DNA from: Candidatus Ratteibacteria bacterium | GTDB taxonomy: Bacteria; Ratteibacteria; UBA8468; B48-G9; DTJG01 | Assembly: GCA_041656495.1 (NCBI GenBank) | Contig: JBBADJ010000004.1 | Coordinates: 84,644 to 148,643 of the forward strand | Length of the DNA stretch: 64,000 nt | Direction of reading: 5' to 3' | Shown: positions 59,460-64,000 of the stretch, piece by piece | Position numbering within the stretch: position 1 is the stretch's first letter | How the letters are laid out: every line of letters starts with the position of its first letter | Program-made: the position numbers and the translations under genes | Notes under the pieces: model-generated | The model's input: only the letters and a program-made list of their open reading frames with translations | What the model was told of the DNA's origin: nothing | Databases searched by the model: none

Positions 59460-61328
59460 ATGAAATATAGAGAAACAACACTTGTGGTAAACTCGCTGAT
59501 TACATTTTCAAAGACCTCTGCGCTTGTAGCAATAGTCGTGGGATGTGCGGCACTCGCGGGAAAGATGTGGAATACCTCTGCGATAATCACCATTCTTCAG
59601 CATCTTAACCTTACCCATCCTATTACTGCCTTTATTCTTCTTCTTACAGGCATCAATATACGGCTCTTTTATTGTAACTGCAGATACTCCATATTCTTTT
59701 CAAGCGTTGCATTTCTTCTTCTTTTTGTGGGAATAATCCTTTTCTTTCATCGGTTTACTCTTCCAATACACTTTTCTGCTGCCACTGATCTGAGAATCGC
59801 TATTATTACAATACTTTTTGCTCTTTCAATGCTCTTTTCTCGCTTTCCTAAGGCAGGACTTTTTTCGCAATTGCTTGCATTATCCGCAATTCTTGTGCTT
59901 CTGGTTCTTCTTCTTCAAACATCAACTCCTGTTCTTAGTGGAATAACAACACCATTGCCATCACATGATATTCTGTCAGTGGCAATCTTTCTTTTGCTCG
60001 GGTTCAGTATTCTTTTTTTGAATACAAGCACGGGAATTATAAAGATTATTACTGATTCTGGCACAGGAAGCACTATCGCCCGAAGGCTTTTACCCACACT
60101 TATTGCCGTGCCCTTTCTTCTTCGTTGGCTTATACTTTTAGGACAGCGAGCAAATCTGTACAACGTTGAAACTGGTGCCACTATTTTAACCCTTACAAGT
60201 ATTCTTATTTTTTCTACTATCATACTTCGGGATGCTTATTTTCTTAATAAATCTGATTTTTATCGTAAGGAAGCAGAAGAAAAAGGATTGGAAACAAACC
60301 TTCGTCTTGAAGCCCTCGTGGAAAAAATGAAAGAACAAAGTAGAAAAAATATGCTTCTTGCAGAAATGAAAAATCTTCTGCAAGCATGTGAAACCATTGA
60401 AGAATCTCCGCCTATCATTAGTTCTTATATGAATCAGATCTTTTCCAATGAACATGGCGCACTCTATCTTTTTAACCCTTCTCGCAACAACCTTGAGTTA
60501 ATAAGCAAATGGGGAGCTTTTCCCGAGGAACCAGAAGCTCAGGCTATTATTCCAGACGAATGCTGGGCTTTGAAAAAAGGCGCACCTCATACAAGCGAAC
60601 ATTGGGAAGGACTTCGGTGTCCGCATATTCCTAAATCTTTTTTGCGTGGGAACCGCTGTATACCACTCTCAGCAAAGGGATCAACACTAGGACTTCTCTG
60701 TTTTTTAACCTCTCTTGAAATGAGTAATACAGATACTGCTACAGAAAACAAAAATTTTGCAATAGATCTGGCAAGCCAGATTTCCCTCTCTCTTGCCAAC
60801 CTTCAATTACGTGAAGATCTCAAACAACAATCAATCCGTGACAGTCTAACAGGACTATTTAACAGGAGATACCTTGAAGAAACCCTTGAAAGAGAGTTGT
60901 TGAGAGCGCAAAGGAAAGAATATCCCATAGGAGTTATGATGATTGATATAGATCATTTTAAGGATTTTAATGACACCCACGGCCATAGTGCAGGAGATAC
61001 CGTCCTTGCACAGGTAGGAAAGTTTTTGAAACAGAGCCTGCGAAGCAGTGATATTGCCTGCAGATATGGAGGTGAAGAATTTACTCTTATTCTTCCTGAA
61101 GCAAATTTAGAACAGACCGCGGCCCGTGCCGAGAAAATTCGGATTGCGGTAAAATCTCTTGCATACCCTCAGGGAACAAAACCACTGCCGGGTATTACCT
61201 TTTCCATTGGAGTCGCTCTCTTTCCCGACCATGGAGAAAACTCTAGCGCAATTCTTGCTTCTGCCGACAGAGCGCTATATCGCGCAAAAAAAGAAGGAAG
61301 AGATAGGGTTAAAATCTATACTTTGTAA
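59460..61328 (+). CDS. membrane-anchored sensor diguanylate cyclase (GGDEF)
   Basis: N-terminal multi-transmembrane region. Central GAF-like region. C-terminal GGDEF domain with RYGGEEF. Confidence 0.8.
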   Translation: MKYRETTLVVNSLITFSKTSALVAIVVGCAALAGKMWNTSAIITILQHLNLTHPITAFILLLTGINIRLFYCNCRYSIFFSSVAFLLLFVGIILFFHRFTLPIHFSAATDLRIAIITILFALSMLFSRFPKAGLFSQLLALSAILVLLVLLLQTSTPVLSGITTPLPSHDILSVAIFLLLGFSILFLNTSTGIIKIITDSGTGSTIARRLLPTLIAVPFLLRWLILLGQRANLYNVETGATILTLTSILIFSTIILRDAYFLNKSDFYRKEAEEKGLETNLRLEALVEKMKEQSRKNMLLAEMKNLLQACETIEESPPIISSYMNQIFSNEHGALYLFNPSRNNLELISKWGAFPEEPEAQAIIPDECWALKKGAPHTSEHWEGLRCPHIPKSFLRGNRCIPLSAKGSTLGLLCFLTSLEMSNTDTATENKNFAIDLASQISLSLANLQLREDLKQQSIRDSLTGLFNRRYLEETLERELLRAQRKEYPIGVMMIDIDHFKDFNDTHGHSAGDTVLAQVGKFLKQSLRSSDIACRYGGEEFTLILPEANLEQTAARAEKIRIAVKSLAYPQGTKPLPGITFSIGVALFPDHGENSSAILASADRALYRAKKEGRDRVKIYTL

Positions 61329-61357
61329 AAAATATCTCTCATTACGCTATCAGAGAA

Positions 61358-62452
61358 TCATTCTCCAATCCGTACAGGAGCACCCTTCTCTGCCGAGGCA
61401 TATATAGCATCAACTATCTTCATCAGAATAACTGCCTCTGCAGGTGTTGAAAGAGGTTCTTCCTTACCCAACACCGTATTAACAAAATTTACCACAGCAG
61501 ATTCTCGTCCCATCTTCTCATCAGAGCCCGCCAGAATATCTTTGTTTACAGGCTTTCCATGTTCCATTGTATAAAGTTGACATGTATCAATCGCGGTCTC
61601 ATCTATACCGTCAATATCAAAAAACCTACGTATCATTCCACCAGCTTTCGTTCCCTGGAAAGTAACAGAAACCTCTTCACGTTTATTCATTTCAGCCCAA
61701 CTATTACGCGTAAAGAGAACCTGACCTGTTTTGAATCTAATGAACGCGTGAGCAGCGGTCTCAACATCCATCACTCCATCCTTTACATCAGGAATGCCCC
61801 ATGGTCCTTTGAAGGAAGAATCAGAGGCAAACTCGCGAAAAGTCTGAGCAATCACCCATTCTGGTTCAGGAAATCCCATAAAATAAAGGGCAAGATCAAG
61901 CATGTGGAGCAGGTCTATCACCGGACCACCTCCAGAAAGATCTTTCTGAGTAAACCAACCACCAAAACCCGGTATTCCGCATCTGCGAATCCAAAGAGCC
62001 TGACAAGAATTGATAGGACCGGTTTCTCCAGCAACAATATAGCGCATGATAGCCTGCGCTTCAGGACGGGCTCTATTATTGAAATCAAACATCAAGACCC
62101 TTCCTGCTTTCTCAGCAGCAGCTTTCATCTTTAAAACTCCCATAGCATCAAGAGCTGGAGGTTTTTCACAAAAAACATGCATCCCTGCTTCAAGACAGGT
62201 TATTGAAGCAAGAGAATGAAAACTATTCGGAGTGCACACACTCACAAGGGAAATATCTCTACTTTTTTTACAGAACTCTTCAACAGAAGAGAAGACCCTT
62301 TTTATTCCATACTTGCGTGCCTGTGCCTCGGCTCTAGAGGTATCTGGATCAACAATTGCCTCAACCTCTATCCCTGCAACACGATATCCTCCAATATGAT
62401 AGTTGGAAATACCTCCTGCGCCTATGATTCCCGCTAAAACATTTTTCATCAT
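61358..62452 (-). CDS. Gfo/Idh/MocA family oxidoreductase
   Basis: N-terminal GIIGAGGIS Rossmann motif. 364 aa. Confidence 0.7.
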   Translation of the reverse strand: MMKNVLAGIIGAGGISNYHIGGYRVAGIEVEAIVDPDTSRAEAQARKYGIKRVFSSVEEFCKKSRDISLVSVCTPNSFHSLASITCLEAGMHVFCEKPPALDAMGVLKMKAAAEKAGRVLMFDFNNRARPEAQAIMRYIVAGETGPINSCQALWIRRCGIPGFGGWFTQKDLSGGGPVIDLLHMLDLALYFMGFPEPEWVIAQTFREFASDSSFKGPWGIPDVKDGVMDVETAAHAFIRFKTGQVLFTRNSWAEMNKREEVSVTFQGTKAGGMIRRFFDIDGIDETAIDTCQLYTMEHGKPVNKDILAGSDEKMGRESAVVNFVNTVLGKEEPLSTPAEAVILMKIVDAIYASAEKGAPVRIGE

Positions 62453-62636
62453 TGCCTCCGGTATCTATGATATTGAATTCTAAACTAAAAGCTTTCGAAA
62501 ATAAGAAGATTTGTAAAGGCAAGCATAATGAACTTTTTTACATTTCAGATATTCTCTCAATCATCTACGGAAATAAGAGTTGAAAGAATGACACACTTCA
62601 ATCGTCTTACTCTTATCAAGCGTTTTATTTTCCGCC

Positions 62637-63896
62637 TTACAATCTCTTCAACTCAAGTTTTACAACCGTATCTATAGGATCAGGAAGAGCGTGTCCCGAA
62701 AGGGTTAAAAATGCGTCGTGGGAATCAAGAGTGTTCCAAGGCAAGGTAATCGAAACCTCTGATCCATCGGAGAGCAACCGAGCTCGAGAAACCTTACCCG
62801 CAAGGTTCCGAAGGCGCACAGAACCAATCGACTTATCAAGAATGTGCGCATAAAGAGTGCTTCCTTTTCGTGTATAAAACCCCCAATCAGGTTTTGGAAG
62901 ACCCGCGGCGCCACATCCAAAAATACTCTCTCCATTATGATCCATCCAGGTTCCGACCTCTCTTAGAATATCTATGGATTTCTGCGGTATTCTTCCAAGG
63001 GGATCTGGTCCTACATTAAGCAGAAGGTTGCCATCCTTACTTACACATTCCACAAGCATTCGTATTACTGAACTTGAACTTTTGTAACCATCAGCATGGT
63101 TTACATAGCCCCATGTTTCATTAAGAGTAATACAGGCTTCCCAGGGAAGAGGTTTCCCTGCGGAATTTACTGGAGTTTCTGCGGGAAGAATCTGTTCCGG
63201 AGAAATAAAATCGCCAAAGATAAGATCCTTTTTTAATGAATATATTCCTGCAACAAGCCTATCGTCTATTAAAATATCGGGCTGAAGAGAACGGACTGTC
63301 TTTACCAGTTCTTCAGCATTCCACTTATCTCCAGACATCTCGTCATACGAAAAATCAAACCAGATCACATCAATTTTTCCATAGTTGGAAAGAAGTTCCT
63401 TTACCTGTGCATGCATATACTCAAGATAACGGGAAAAATCTCGGGGCTTCTTTGCATATTCCGCATTGCCACGCATAGGATGTAAACGGTCAACAGGATA
63501 GTCGGGATGATGCCAATCAATCAGCGAATAGTAAAGACCTGTCTTCAATCCTTCTGCCCGAAAAGCATCTAAATATTCTCTCACAAAATCTTTTCCCGAA
63601 GGAGTACGGGTAGATTTAAAATCAGTATATGCGCTGTCAAACATACAAAAACCATCGTGATGCTTTGCAGTCATCACTGCATATTTTTGGCCGGCCTTGT
63701 TTGCAATCCTCGCCCACAAAGATGGATCAAAACGGGTAGGATTAAACTCCTGAAAAAAAGGAAGATACTCTTCTTCGGGAATCTTTTCATTGCTTCTTAC
63801 CCACTCGCCCCGAGCGGGAATTGCATAAATTCCCCAATGGATAAACATCCCAAATCTATCGTGAAGAAACCAATCTAATCTATTTTTATTCTCCAT
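62637..63896 (-). CDS. alpha-L-fucosidase, glycoside hydrolase family 29
   Basis: GH29 N-terminal pattern (FGMFIHWGIYAIPARGEW...TAKHHDGFCMFDS). 419 aa. GGGAGGG ribosome-binding site. Confidence 0.8.
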   Translation of the reverse strand: MENKNRLDWFLHDRFGMFIHWGIYAIPARGEWVRSNEKIPEEEYLPFFQEFNPTRFDPSLWARIANKAGQKYAVMTAKHHDGFCMFDSAYTDFKSTRTPSGKDFVREYLDAFRAEGLKTGLYYSLIDWHHPDYPVDRLHPMRGNAEYAKKPRDFSRYLEYMHAQVKELLSNYGKIDVIWFDFSYDEMSGDKWNAEELVKTVRSLQPDILIDDRLVAGIYSLKKDLIFGDFISPEQILPAETPVNSAGKPLPWEACITLNETWGYVNHADGYKSSSSVIRMLVECVSKDGNLLLNVGPDPLGRIPQKSIDILREVGTWMDHNGESIFGCGAAGLPKPDWGFYTRKGSTLYAHILDKSIGSVRLRNLAGKVSRARLLSDGSEVSITLPWNTLDSHDAFLTLSGHALPDPIDTVVKLELKRL

Positions 63897-64000
63897 TATC
63901 CCTCCCTTTATTTTGAGATGTTTTTTTTCTTCTCTTCTTACGCCACATCTTACCTTGCGAAACCTATTCCTTCAAATCTTCCAACGTGATTTTTCAATCC

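Overview
This 64 kb window reads as a moderately AT-rich bacterial chromosome segment. Two genes encode prepilin-type N-terminal cleavage/methylation proteins ending in an H-X9-DG motif, which points to a Planctomycetes/Verrucomicrobia/Lentisphaerae-like lineage. The first ~43 kb is dense housekeeping and carbohydrate/amino-acid metabolism. The calls there are:
- GTP-PEPCK.
- A TRAP transporter with two tandem DctP binding-protein paralogues.
- ThiE.
- A DUF853/HerA-like ATPase.
- A GH20 hexosaminidase.
- Ogt.
- An opine-dehydrogenase-family gene.
- A CopA P-type ATPase.
- A B12-radical-SAM gene next to DegT-type and class-III aminotransferase genes.
- An M14 carboxypeptidase.
- A ROK regulator.
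- A 966-aa secreted glycoside hydrolase with a CBM-like domain.
- A convergent block of a DUF4838-like protein, an M20 peptidase, an enolase-superfamily enzyme and a Gfo/Idh/MocA oxidoreductase.
The region 43.5-54.4 kb looks accessory. It holds the two prepilin-type genes flanking a GntR-type regulator, a ~900 bp gene-free stretch, and a hicB-hicA toxin-antitoxin pair. It then holds three small gene cassettes: AbiEi/AbiEii; a DUF454 gene with a catalase; and a second, shorter AbiEii-like nucleotidyltransferase with an unrecognised partner. Each cassette is separated by copies of the last ~15 nt of a tRNA-His gene. The region ends in three tandem 129-bp repeat units abutting tRNA-His(GUG) itself (minus strand, ~54297-54370). 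No integrase is visible in the window. The remaining 10 kb contains a translationally coupled D-aminoacylase and PLP-dehydratase pair directly behind tRNA-Arg(UCG), an ABC-F ATPase, a GGDEF diguanylate cyclase, a second Gfo/Idh/MocA oxidoreductase and a GH29 fucosidase. The most unusual loci are the tRNA-His cassette/repeat array, and an operon at 15.9-20.0 kb: a membrane protein, a B12-binding-domain protein, and an asparagine-synthetase homologue whose catalytic Cys1 is replaced by Gly.
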